Source of the DNA: a virus
DNA length: 64,000 nt
Virus record (IMG/VR): IMGVR_UViG_3300028607_002670
Reading direction: 5' to 3' (one strand)
A program made the translations under genes and the position numbers. This document shows positions 43,217 to 51,390 of the stretch, piece after piece. Each line of letters starts with the position of its first letter. The stretch's first letter is position 1. Under the pieces are notes generated by a model, which was given only the letters and a program-made list of their open reading frames with translations, did not search any database and was not told the DNA's origin.

Positions 43217-43503
43217 TGGCTACATTAAATGATATAATTGCTACAAGTGATCAGTTTCAAGCATTAAGTGTTTTAACTGGGGTTGCCGTTGGTACAGCAA
43301 TAGAACTACAAGTAAAAGGTATTTACCCTGTACTTTTAAAAAGTCAAGATACACAACCCACCAACGATGATACTAACGGAAGAGTGTTATACGATATGCG
43401 TACAGAATCAGGGATAGTTTCTATTACAGAGGGATCAGATGAGGTATGGTTACGCTGTTTGAAAGATGGATCTCAATCTAAGATATCTGTAGAAGTAGTT
43501 TAG
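43216..43503 (+). CDS. stand-alone copy of the 42109 N-terminal domain (95 aa)
   Basis: See 42109..42924. Confidence 0.5.
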   Translation: MATLNDIIATSDQFQALSVLTGVAVGTAIELQVKGIYPVLLKSQDTQPTNDDTNGRVLYDMRTESGIVSITEGSDEVWLRCLKDGSQSKISVEVV

Positions 43504-43504
43504 T

Positions 43505-44905
43505 ATGGGTATTTTATTTAAGAATGGAGGTACTGTTGCAGGGTTGAACCAATTTATCCTAGGCAGACAACAGAACGTATTCGGTGATGAAACAGAACGA
43601 GACAATTACGCAACAGCTAACCCCGATTGGCTACAAAGCTATGATGATAACCCTCTCACCACTATTAAAGTAGGGGATACCTTTTATAACAGGGTGGATG
43701 GTGCTTGGAATGACCTCACGTTCCTCATAGGGGTCGCTGGTGATAGTGAAATACTTTCTAATGTATCTGCTTGGAATTATCCTGTTAAACAGCCTGACGG
43801 TACGTTTGCAGATGGAGAATTGACTCTTAATCCAACAACATTAGAAGTTTCTACACCATCAACTTTTAGAACAGGTGTGTCACTTGGTATCAAACTTAAA
43901 GATACCCATGCAATAAGCAGTGTTGGTGAAAATATTTCCTTTTCAAACTTAGTTTCAAACATACCTTTCACTATTGGTGCATGGAGCGATGGAACTTATG
44001 GAGAAGATTGGAGACCCACTGCTAGGTTAGGGTTGGACACTTTTGACGAAGCTGTACTGCAACCAGAGTTTGATACAATTATAACCAACCCAGATTATAG
44101 TACTCCTGCATCAGGTGACCGTAGGACTTATGGTTTCTATTACAAAGGTGTAGCTCCTCAGCAGAAAGTTAAGATAGAGATATTTGAAAACGGTAAAGAG
44201 ATTTTTGAGTCTAAACTATTTGATATTGTAACAGGAGATGGATACGTCTCATTCGAAGTTGCAGAAGGTGGGAGTGGTTTTGTAGACTTGTTAGACGGAG
44301 TTAATTACCAAATAGTATTTTCTTCTGTTCTAGGTGATGTACAATTACTTGGTAACGATCAAGGTGTCCCTTATTTAGCGTTGAAGTATCAACTTTGGGA
44401 AACTAGAGAGATTTGTTACAAAGAAGAGTTAGACAACCCTCCGAGGTTTTCAGGTTCATTAAGTGGTGCAACATTTAACCTTAGCACAACAGAGCAAACA
44501 TTAACTTTTGACCAAACCAACTTTTCAAACAATATCACTCTTAATAATGGAACATTCACTGTTGTAGAAAGTGGTTTTTATGAAGGACAGATAACACTTA
44601 ATGTTAATGTAACAGGTTTTTCTGCACCAACACTTTTAGTGTGGATTGAACGTTTTATAGGTGGTGTGTGGTCAGTTGTTCCACAGTCTTTAGCCTCTAC
44701 ACGAACATTCTTAGATACAACAGCTATTGTGCAGTTATCAACAGGGATTAATTTAGAAGCAGGACAAGCTTTCCGCATAAAGACTCAACAAGTTGGAGGA
44801 GGAGTGTTATCTCTTGTGTCGAATACAGTTATTGTTGCAGCAGGAACTCTAATCCAACCAGTGGCATCTATTGCTTTCAAGCGAACAGGTAAGAAATTTA
44901 ATTAG
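43505..44905 (+). CDS. fibre-like protein with C-terminal C1q/TNF-like jelly-roll pattern
   Basis: RFSGSLSGATFNLSTTEQTLTFDQTNFSNNITLNNGTFTVVESGFYEGQITLNV resembles the C1q signature (FSa...i.Fd.v..N.g......G.Ft.p..G.Y.f...v). Confidence 0.4.
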   Translation: MGILFKNGGTVAGLNQFILGRQQNVFGDETERDNYATANPDWLQSYDDNPLTTIKVGDTFYNRVDGAWNDLTFLIGVAGDSEILSNVSAWNYPVKQPDGTFADGELTLNPTTLEVSTPSTFRTGVSLGIKLKDTHAISSVGENISFSNLVSNIPFTIGAWSDGTYGEDWRPTARLGLDTFDEAVLQPEFDTIITNPDYSTPASGDRRTYGFYYKGVAPQQKVKIEIFENGKEIFESKLFDIVTGDGYVSFEVAEGGSGFVDLLDGVNYQIVFSSVLGDVQLLGNDQGVPYLALKYQLWETREICYKEELDNPPRFSGSLSGATFNLSTTEQTLTFDQTNFSNNITLNNGTFTVVESGFYEGQITLNVNVTGFSAPTLLVWIERFIGGVWSVVPQSLASTRTFLDTTAIVQLSTGINLEAGQAFRIKTQQVGGGVLSLVSNTVIVAAGTLIQPVASIAFKRTGKKFN

Positions 44906-44911
44906 GAATTC

Positions 44912-46129
44912 TTACTTCCACCACTCGTTTATATAATCTTTACAAAAGGAACAAACCTCTTCATAATGTTTGTTCTTAACTAACTCACTACTTCCGTAAG
45001 TATTTTCTGGTCGGTCAGAATCATAAATACCGTCACCAAAACCTATGAGCAACTGTTCTAAGTTAAATATGGTTATGTGATCTGCTTGTAAGGTGAGGGT
45101 TTGTGTAAAAGTGAATTTATCTTTTCCGTAGAAATTATCTAACCTACCCTGATTTTCTTTCAACCTCCTATTTAGGTCAAAAGTTCTCCCAACTTTAAAA
45201 TAAGGTAGGCCAGATATAAGTAGGTACAGATTATCAGGGTAATGTTCTTTCCCTTTAAAGTATCCAAAGTTACTTACAGCACAAGACCTGCATCTTTGAC
45301 CTGAGATATATCTACTTGCAGATGTGAGGCAAGGGTGATTGTTATTACAAACCCAATGAAATTTACTATTAACATCTTCATATGGTTTATCCCATTTTAA
45401 GAAAGTTGATTTTTCAGATGACAATATTTTATTTATTTTGAAATTTATGATATTATAAGGGTATCTATAACTATTGCTGCATCTGCAAGGTAAGGAACCT
45501 TTCCGTAAGCCAGAGGCAGTTGATGAGAATACCCCAGAACACAAACCCTCTTCTACGTATTCATCATAAGAGCAAGAAGGGCAAGTGTAGGTCCACCTAG
45601 CAGTATTCTCACTGTCTCTATAAAATTTAGTACCTTCTTTAAATTTACCTGATTCCCAGAAAGATTTTATATTATCTTTATCACTCTTAAACATACGTTT
45701 CGACGAAGCCAAACGCCGTACCTCAGGATCTCTTTTACCATTGTTTATAAAATTGTTTATATTGCAGCTACTCCAAGTATTATCTGTAACGGGATTGTGT
45801 AATATAAGTTTAGTATCCACCCCTAACCATTCACCATCAAACCCTAAAAATGTATATCCTAGGTCAAGACATTTACGTTGTATCTTAACAACCCACTGGT
45901 ACTCTTTCCATTTAGTAGACTTGGAACAACCGCAAGGAACTCTACCCTTTAAAAGGTGGCTCTTAGATATTAAAAAATCCTCGCTGAAAAGTTCTTTATC
46001 CTGACTACAGATAGAACATTCAACTTTATACTTGACTTTCCAGTTATTAACTTCTTTCCCCGTTACCGTCAAAACACCACCCCCGTAAGTAGTGAAAGTT
46101 TCTCCGATAAAATTATCAACTTTTTTCAT
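44912..46129 (-). mobile_element. GIY-YIG-like (T5orf172-type) endonuclease with repeated Zn-ribbon modules, opposite strand
   Basis: NLYLLISGLPYFKVGRTFDLNRRLKENQ...LEQLL fits the T5orf172/GIY-YIG-like core. N-terminal repeats CSICSQ..VPCGCS, CPSCSY..LPCRCS, C..NNH..CRSCA. Confidence 0.45.
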
Positions 46130-46265
46130 ACTTACTTTTATCCTTTTCTGTTTTCATTTTCACCCTGCAATTAACACTGCAAGTTTTGGCACCTTCTCGG
46201 GCATAAAAATATTCTCCGCAAAAATCACAAGTTTTAGGTTCTGGTGGGGTCTTTTTATCTTTCAT
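46116..46265 (-). CDS. small zinc-ribbon protein (49 aa)
   Basis: My translation: MKDKKTPPEPKTCDFCGEYFYAREGAKTCSVNCRVKMKTEKDKSKYEKS. Overlaps the start of the next gene. Confidence 0.4.
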   Translation of the reverse strand: MKDKKTPPEPKTCDFCGEYFYAREGAKTCSVNCRVKMKTEKDKSKYEKS

Positions 46266-46295
46266 ACTTTTCCTTATATTAACACTTATCTGTTA

Positions 46296-46324
46296 TTGAT
46301 AATTACATTATAACAGTTTATAAT
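46296..46324 (+). promoter_or_regulatory. sigma70-type promoter (TTGATA-17-TATAAT)
   Basis: -35 at 46296..46301, -10 at 46319..46324. Confidence 0.55.
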
Positions 46325-46358
46325 AGATTAATCAACTCAATTTACAAAAGGTTCAAAA

Positions 46359-46913
46359 ATGGATTTCACAAATAAGAATGTGGAGGAGATAGAAGAATAC
46401 TTAAGGTTCTGGTTTGGGGATCTTACCGAATCTCAAATATCTTCTGAAAACATGCAAAAGATTATACAGTTAGTGATTGACAGAAACCCCGAATACACAG
46501 GGTGTCAGGTAGTCTATTATTCAGCTGTAGAAGTTCTTCAATGGTTAATAAGACAACAATCAAAAGGACAAGCAGGGAGTCTTGGTGCAGGATTAAGTAA
46601 AAAAACTGAAAAGGTGGGTGATGTAAGCATATCACAGGAATACGCCTTTAACGATTCTTCGGTAACATCAGGTTGGGATAGGGTACTAGAGGATCTTGAA
46701 GAAGACCCCTCGTCCATAGGCTGTATAGTTTTTACTGATAGTAAAGAAGATATGGGCTTAGTTCTTCTCGGTGGTGTTTCTCAGAAAGAATACCACAGAG
46801 TAAAAGATAACCCTGATTCGCGTAACGGATATGATGTTGAAACAGAGTACAGGAAATCACCTTATAGTTGTTTCTCTAATAGGCGAAAGAATAAACGTTA
46901 CTACGATATTTAA
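46359..46913 (+). CDS. head-tail joining candidate (184 aa)
   Basis: Position only, between the head genes and tail genes. Confidence 0.3.
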   Translation: MDFTNKNVEEIEEYLRFWFGDLTESQISSENMQKIIQLVIDRNPEYTGCQVVYYSAVEVLQWLIRQQSKGQAGSLGAGLSKKTEKVGDVSISQEYAFNDSSVTSGWDRVLEDLEEDPSSIGCIVFTDSKEDMGLVLLGGVSQKEYHRVKDNPDSRNGYDVETEYRKSPYSCFSNRRKNKRYYDI

Positions 46914-46937
46914 TCCTCTTATCACAAAATAGGTAAT

Positions 46938-46966
46938 TTGACAAATAGTTGGATTACCTATATAAT
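46938..46966 (+). promoter_or_regulatory. consensus sigma70 promoter (TTGACA-17-TATAAT)
   Basis: -35 at 46938..46943, -10 at 46961..46966. Confidence 0.65.
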
Positions 46967-46991
46967 TACTATAATAGAAAGGAGAACATTA

Positions 46992-47156
46992 ATGGCAACT
47001 GTTAAAGTTACAAAAGTGTTTCCAGATGGGACAAAAGAAGAAATTATTCTTCCTGAAAAAGCTACACGGAGGAAATCTCGTGCAAGCAAAAATAATAAGA
47101 AAAAACAAGAACAACAAAGTGTGGGAGAAACTGAAAAAGAAGATTCAGGATCTTGA
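46992..47156 (+). CDS. small lysine-rich protein (54 aa)
   Basis: MATVKVTKVFPDGTKEEI... with AAAGGAGAACATTA upstream. Overlaps the next ORF by 130 nt in another frame. Confidence 0.45.
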   Translation: MATVKVTKVFPDGTKEEIILPEKATRRKSRASKNNKKKQEQQSVGETEKEDSGS

Positions 47157-47577
47157 CAACAAAACTGTTGATGTGGGTTTTCCTGCAAACGCTTCAGGTT
47201 TTGGCGAGTGGGACAATAGAAACAATATGACCTTCGCCAATCTCGCCTTTATCCACGCAAACGCTGATGTTTTCAAAGTAGACTTCCCTAAACGTGATGT
47301 TATCGCTCCAATTAAACCTATCGTAGGGGGCGCTTTAAACCAAACCAAATTCTTCAAAGGGATATTCAAAAAGTATCTTGATGTTTCTACCACTTATAGT
47401 ATGAACAATGCGCTCAATGATATTGGTAGAAAGTATATGCAAGATGGAAAAGGAATATTCGGAAACTCAGCTTACCTAGTTGTAACAAAGAACCCTACAC
47501 CCTTAATTGATGAGGGTGAGCTAATGGATCACTTTGGTTACAAAACATCATTAGCAATGGAGATAAAATACTTATGA
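47026..47577 (+). CDS. head-tail completion candidate (HK97 gp10-like?), start uncertain (ATG 47026 or GTG 47119)
   Basis: The stretch from ..WEKLKKKIQDLDNKTVDVGF.. looks like a gp10-family N-terminus. The first ~30 codons look non-native. Confidence 0.35.
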   Translation: MGQKKKLFFLKKLHGGNLVQAKIIRKNKNNKVWEKLKKKIQDLDNKTVDVGFPANASGFGEWDNRNNMTFANLAFIHANADVFKVDFPKRDVIAPIKPIVGGALNQTKFFKGIFKKYLDVSTTYSMNNALNDIGRKYMQDGKGIFGNSAYLVVTKNPTPLIDEGELMDHFGYKTSLAMEIKYL

Positions 47578-47954
47578 GCGAAATATCTCTATTTAACCGA
47601 GTGGAAACTCTCAGTAGAAATGATGGAGGTACACAGTATATTGATTTCGAAGTGGTTCCAGCAGAAGATTATCTAGTTGAGATAGAATGTAATATTCAAC
47701 CTTATCGTGATGGTAAAAACACTTTAAAACTCCCAGACGGATTCAGAAGTGTTTATGCTATTGAAATAAGGTCTCCCTCTGAGCTACGAGCCAATGATGA
47801 ATTAGAAGATTGGATGGCAGATGAAATAGTTTACGAAGGTCGTACTTTCTACTGCTTGGATGTTGCCAATTGGACAGGACATTCTACTGGTGGAATTAGT
47901 TTAATACCTAATCATTATCTTGGCCTGTTTTATAGGAGAGATAAAGTTGATTGA
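47574..47954 (+). CDS. head-tail/neck protein candidate (126 aa)
   Basis: Position; 4-nt overlap with the upstream gene. Confidence 0.35.
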   Translation: MSEISLFNRVETLSRNDGGTQYIDFEVVPAEDYLVEIECNIQPYRDGKNTLKLPDGFRSVYAIEIRSPSELRANDELEDWMADEIVYEGRTFYCLDVANWTGHSTGGISLIPNHYLGLFYRRDKVD

Positions 47955-48648
47955 TATTGACAAATTAGAAAAAGCTGTTGCAAGAGTTATCACCTTATCA
48001 GTAGGAGATCAACTGGCTACACTAGAAGGGAGCATTTCTGGTAGCAGTGGAGGAACAGTACCTGCTGTAGTATTAGAAAGAAACTTTGAAAAAGACGGAA
48101 CGCATCGTAAACCTAATATCCCAGATTACCCTTACTGCAGTGTCACCCATAATCGAATAGTAGATGATGGCGCGGAGATAACAAACGTTTTCCTAAGAGG
48201 AGATGATTTTGTTTATCAAACACCAAAGATTGTTTCTGTGAATATTAAATTTTACGGTAATAGGAAAAACTCTGCTGACAGTATTGCAAATAGAATGCAC
48301 ATGAGTTGGGAAGTTGAACAATTTAGAAACCTTTTAGAAGTGTTTTATGGTGAGGATGTTGGACTTAGAAGTAAGTCGGATGTTGTACCTGCTAATATAG
48401 TTTATCAAGATACCTACATTGAAATGCGTTCATTTGACATATTCTTATCGGTAGTAGATGAGTATTCAATTTCCACAGACGAGATTGGTTACTTTGACCA
48501 GATAGATGTAGATTCTGATTTAAACATTTTACCTCCCGTTCCACCTGATAGTGGATTACCTTCTCAAGAAGCCTCCGAAGGCGGAGAATTGGATCATTAT
48601 GAAGATGACCCTGCTCCTATGGCTGTAACCTTTAGTACAATAAAATAA
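47947..48648 (+). CDS. tail-proximal structural protein (start uncertain: TTG 47947 after AGGAGAG, or ATG 47920)
   Basis: Immediately upstream of the sheath gene. Confidence 0.35.
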   Translation: MIDIDKLEKAVARVITLSVGDQLATLEGSISGSSGGTVPAVVLERNFEKDGTHRKPNIPDYPYCSVTHNRIVDDGAEITNVFLRGDDFVYQTPKIVSVNIKFYGNRKNSADSIANRMHMSWEVEQFRNLLEVFYGEDVGLRSKSDVVPANIVYQDTYIEMRSFDIFLSVVDEYSISTDEIGYFDQIDVDSDLNILPPVPPDSGLPSQEASEGGELDHYEDDPAPMAVTFSTIK

Positions 48649-48673
48649 TAACTAACCAATTAAGGATTAATCA

Positions 48674-50050
48674 ATGAGTGTACAATTAGCCATTGCTAAC
48701 ATCTCTTTGGAAACGGCAACAGTAGGTCGTCAAGGTTTCCAAGGTATTATGTTTGCGGCAAAACACAATTTATGGCCTGAACGTATTCGTACATACACTG
48801 ATGCTGATGCTTTGTTAGAAGATGGTTTCTCATCTACTGACCCTGCTTACAAAGCATTGCGTGGAGGCTTTTCACAAACACCACATCCAACATCTATTAA
48901 AGTAGGTCGTATTAACGCTTCTACAGACATTACCCTCGATGGTGATATCGTTACAGGTTTGGAATACAATATCACACTAGGTGCTCAAGATGCAACGTCT
49001 ACTTCAACTGTTACAATTACAGCAGAAGCAGGTGATACACAGGAAATCATCTTAGGTAAAATTGTAACAGCTATTGAAACAGCACCTGAATTGGATGCTA
49101 AAATTTCAGCAAGTGTTGCAGGTACTGGTGTTGATGCAGTGTTATCACTTGATCACAAAGTAGGTGACGATTGGTTCACAGTGACATCTCCTCTTAACTT
49201 AAATGTTGTTGCGGGTGCAGTGGATGAGTCTGCGGCAGAAATGTTAGCAGCTATTGCATTAGAAGATGATTCATGGTACTATATAACAAGTGAAGAAAAA
49301 TCAGTAGAGTTCATTGAAGACTTGGCTGCAGAAGCAGAAGCTCGTTTCAAACTTTACCGTTACACCACTGCGGAAGAAGGTTCATATGCGGCTACTCTAG
49401 CTGGTTCATTGAAGACTGTCCAAGACAATCAATACTTCCGTACAATGGGCGAGTATCATCACCTAGCAGAAGATACTTATCCAGAAGTTTCAGCTTTAGC
49501 AGAGATTGCTACTTTTGTAACAGGTAGAGTTACATACCACGCACGTATTGTTTCTGGTGTCCCAGCAGCATTAAATGCAGAAGGTAAAAACCTAACTGGT
49601 ACGCAAGTGGAAAACATGAAGAATAACAACGTAAACTTCTACGACAAAGTTCAAATTAGTGGTGCTTCATTTGCTTCAAATCCTTCTATCACTTATGGTG
49701 GTAAGGTTGCAAGTGGTGAACTTACTATGAACATCGTAGCTCGTGATAACCTTCAAGTTGATTTAGAAGCTACCTGTACAGAACTACTTATTCGTCAAAA
49801 GAATGGTCGTCTTGCGTTTGATGAGACAAGTTTGAATAAGGTTAGAGGTGCTGTACGTACTGTACTTAACCAATATGAGTCAGAAGATTTCCATAATTTC
49901 CTTCAACCAAATACTATTATCACAATACCTCGTGTATCTGAGATCAATGCTGCTGATAAGGCTGCAAACGTATTTAAACAAGTAACTTTCAATGGTACAC
50001 TTCGCGGTGCTATCCACATGATTGAAATTACTGGTACACTAGGTAACTAA
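48674..50050 (+). CDS. tail sheath protein (DUF3383-like)
   Basis: 458 aa, directly before the tube gene. N-terminus ..TVGRQGFQGIMFAA.H and size fit the DUF3383 sheath-like family as I recall it. Confidence 0.65.
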   Translation: MSVQLAIANISLETATVGRQGFQGIMFAAKHNLWPERIRTYTDADALLEDGFSSTDPAYKALRGGFSQTPHPTSIKVGRINASTDITLDGDIVTGLEYNITLGAQDATSTSTVTITAEAGDTQEIILGKIVTAIETAPELDAKISASVAGTGVDAVLSLDHKVGDDWFTVTSPLNLNVVAGAVDESAAEMLAAIALEDDSWYYITSEEKSVEFIEDLAAEAEARFKLYRYTTAEEGSYAATLAGSLKTVQDNQYFRTMGEYHHLAEDTYPEVSALAEIATFVTGRVTYHARIVSGVPAALNAEGKNLTGTQVENMKNNNVNFYDKVQISGASFASNPSITYGGKVASGELTMNIVARDNLQVDLEATCTELLIRQKNGRLAFDETSLNKVRGAVRTVLNQYESEDFHNFLQPNTIITIPRVSEINAADKAANVFKQVTFNGTLRGAIHMIEITGTLGN

Positions 50051-50061
50051 GGAATATTACA

Positions 50062-50574
50062 ATGGCTAAAACTTATAGTCCAAAGGACGTTAAAATAGTA
50101 GTTGCTGGTTTCCAAGATGTATCAGGTTGGACTTCAATTACAGTAGACCGTAATTCAGATAACTCAAGTACAATTATTTCAGCAGATGGAGTTCCAGCAC
50201 ACACTGTTATTGCAGATAGTACGGGTACTTTTGAGATTGAATTACAGCAACACAATTCTGAATTTAATATGTGTATAGCAGCGTTAGATTTACAAACTAA
50301 AACCACTAATGACCTTTTGTTCTTTGATATCACTATCACAGACCGTTCAGGAAGTGCTTTAGTTAATCTTAAAGATGTACACTTACGTAAAATGGCACCA
50401 CAAGCATTGGCAGCAGAAGCGGGTACTCGTACTCACATGTTCCATGTTGATGATGTCCAATATCTACCTGTTCCAGAAGGTTTCCAAGAAAGTGCATCGG
50501 ATGTACTTAATGCTGGCAACTTTGTAGATTTTATTTCAGAGCAAGCACAAAACCTTAAAGATTTAGTCTCTTAA
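50062..50574 (+). CDS. tail tube protein (DUF3277-like)
   Basis: 170 aa. MAKTYSPKDVKIVVAGFQDVSGW..ITVDRN fits my memory of the DUF3277 pattern. A terminator follows. Confidence 0.65.
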   Translation: MAKTYSPKDVKIVVAGFQDVSGWTSITVDRNSDNSSTIISADGVPAHTVIADSTGTFEIELQQHNSEFNMCIAALDLQTKTTNDLLFFDITITDRSGSALVNLKDVHLRKMAPQALAAEAGTRTHMFHVDDVQYLPVPEGFQESASDVLNAGNFVDFISEQAQNLKDLVS

Positions 50575-50590
50575 AGGTTAATTGATATTA

Positions 50591-50629
50591 AAAGCACTTA
50601 CCTACATGGGTAGGTGCTTTTTCTTTTTG
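50591..50629 (+). terminator. rho-independent terminator after sheath/tube
   Basis: AAAGCACTTACC-TACATG-GGTAGGTGCTTT then TTCTTTTTG. Confidence 0.7.
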
Positions 50630-50659
50630 TAAAACAGAAAATACGAGGATAAAGAGAGA

Positions 50660-51115
50660 ATGTTACCAACAAGAAAGAAAACTATCGGTGGAAAGACTTA
50701 CACAATCAACCTACTTACCACATGGGAATGTTTTAAAGGTAGTCGTACATTGTTAAAAACCATTGCACCAGTGATGGGTGAAGTTTTGGATAGCAAAAAT
50801 GTGGATGAAGATTACTCAGCTTTCAACAAAGTTAATACTTTTAAGGAAGTGATGGGTCTTATCGCAGATGATTTAGATAAGCCTGAAATTGATAAGCTTA
50901 TTGCAAAGATGTTAATCGGCGCTTCAAATGATGAGGGTGTACAATTTAACAACTTTGAAGATTTGGATAAAGATTTCCGAGGCAAGCCAGAATTATTTAT
51001 GGAATTTGTATTCTTTCTGTTCGAGGAGAATTTTAAAGGTTTTTTTACAGAAAACGTTATAACACGGTCATGGAAAGGGGTGCTGTCGAAGGTGATGCAA
51101 CCTACAGAGGAATAG
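50660..51115 (+). CDS. tail assembly chaperone (G-like)
   Basis: Lies between the tube and tape measure genes. Overlapped by a -1 frame ORF. Confidence 0.6.
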   Translation: MLPTRKKTIGGKTYTINLLTTWECFKGSRTLLKTIAPVMGEVLDSKNVDEDYSAFNKVNTFKEVMGLIADDLDKPEIDKLIAKMLIGASNDEGVQFNNFEDLDKDFRGKPELFMEFVFFLFEENFKGFFTENVITRSWKGVLSKVMQPTEE

Positions 51116-51327
51116 TTGATAAACACGTAGAAAAGTATTCTACTATTTCTCCTGATCGTTTATATCAAAACATGGTTGCAAAGTATACATGGAAAAATTA
51201 TGGAATTAGTTATCAACAATTGATGCACGAGTCACACATTGATGAATACCTTGATTGGGAAGAGGAAATGTTGATGAATCAGGATTATGAAATTGCACAA
51301 TATGAAGATACAAAACCAAAAGATTAA
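50660..51327 (+). CDS. tail assembly chaperone, -1 frameshift product (GT-like): join(50660..51046, 51046..51327)
   Basis: Slippery T_TTT_TTT at 51040..51046 in the zero frame. The -1 frame is open from there to 51327. Confidence 0.5.
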
Positions 51328-51390
51328 TCATGGCAACAAAGAGAGGTATTTCTTGCAAGTGCTCTCTTATAATATAAGGTATAGATATGA

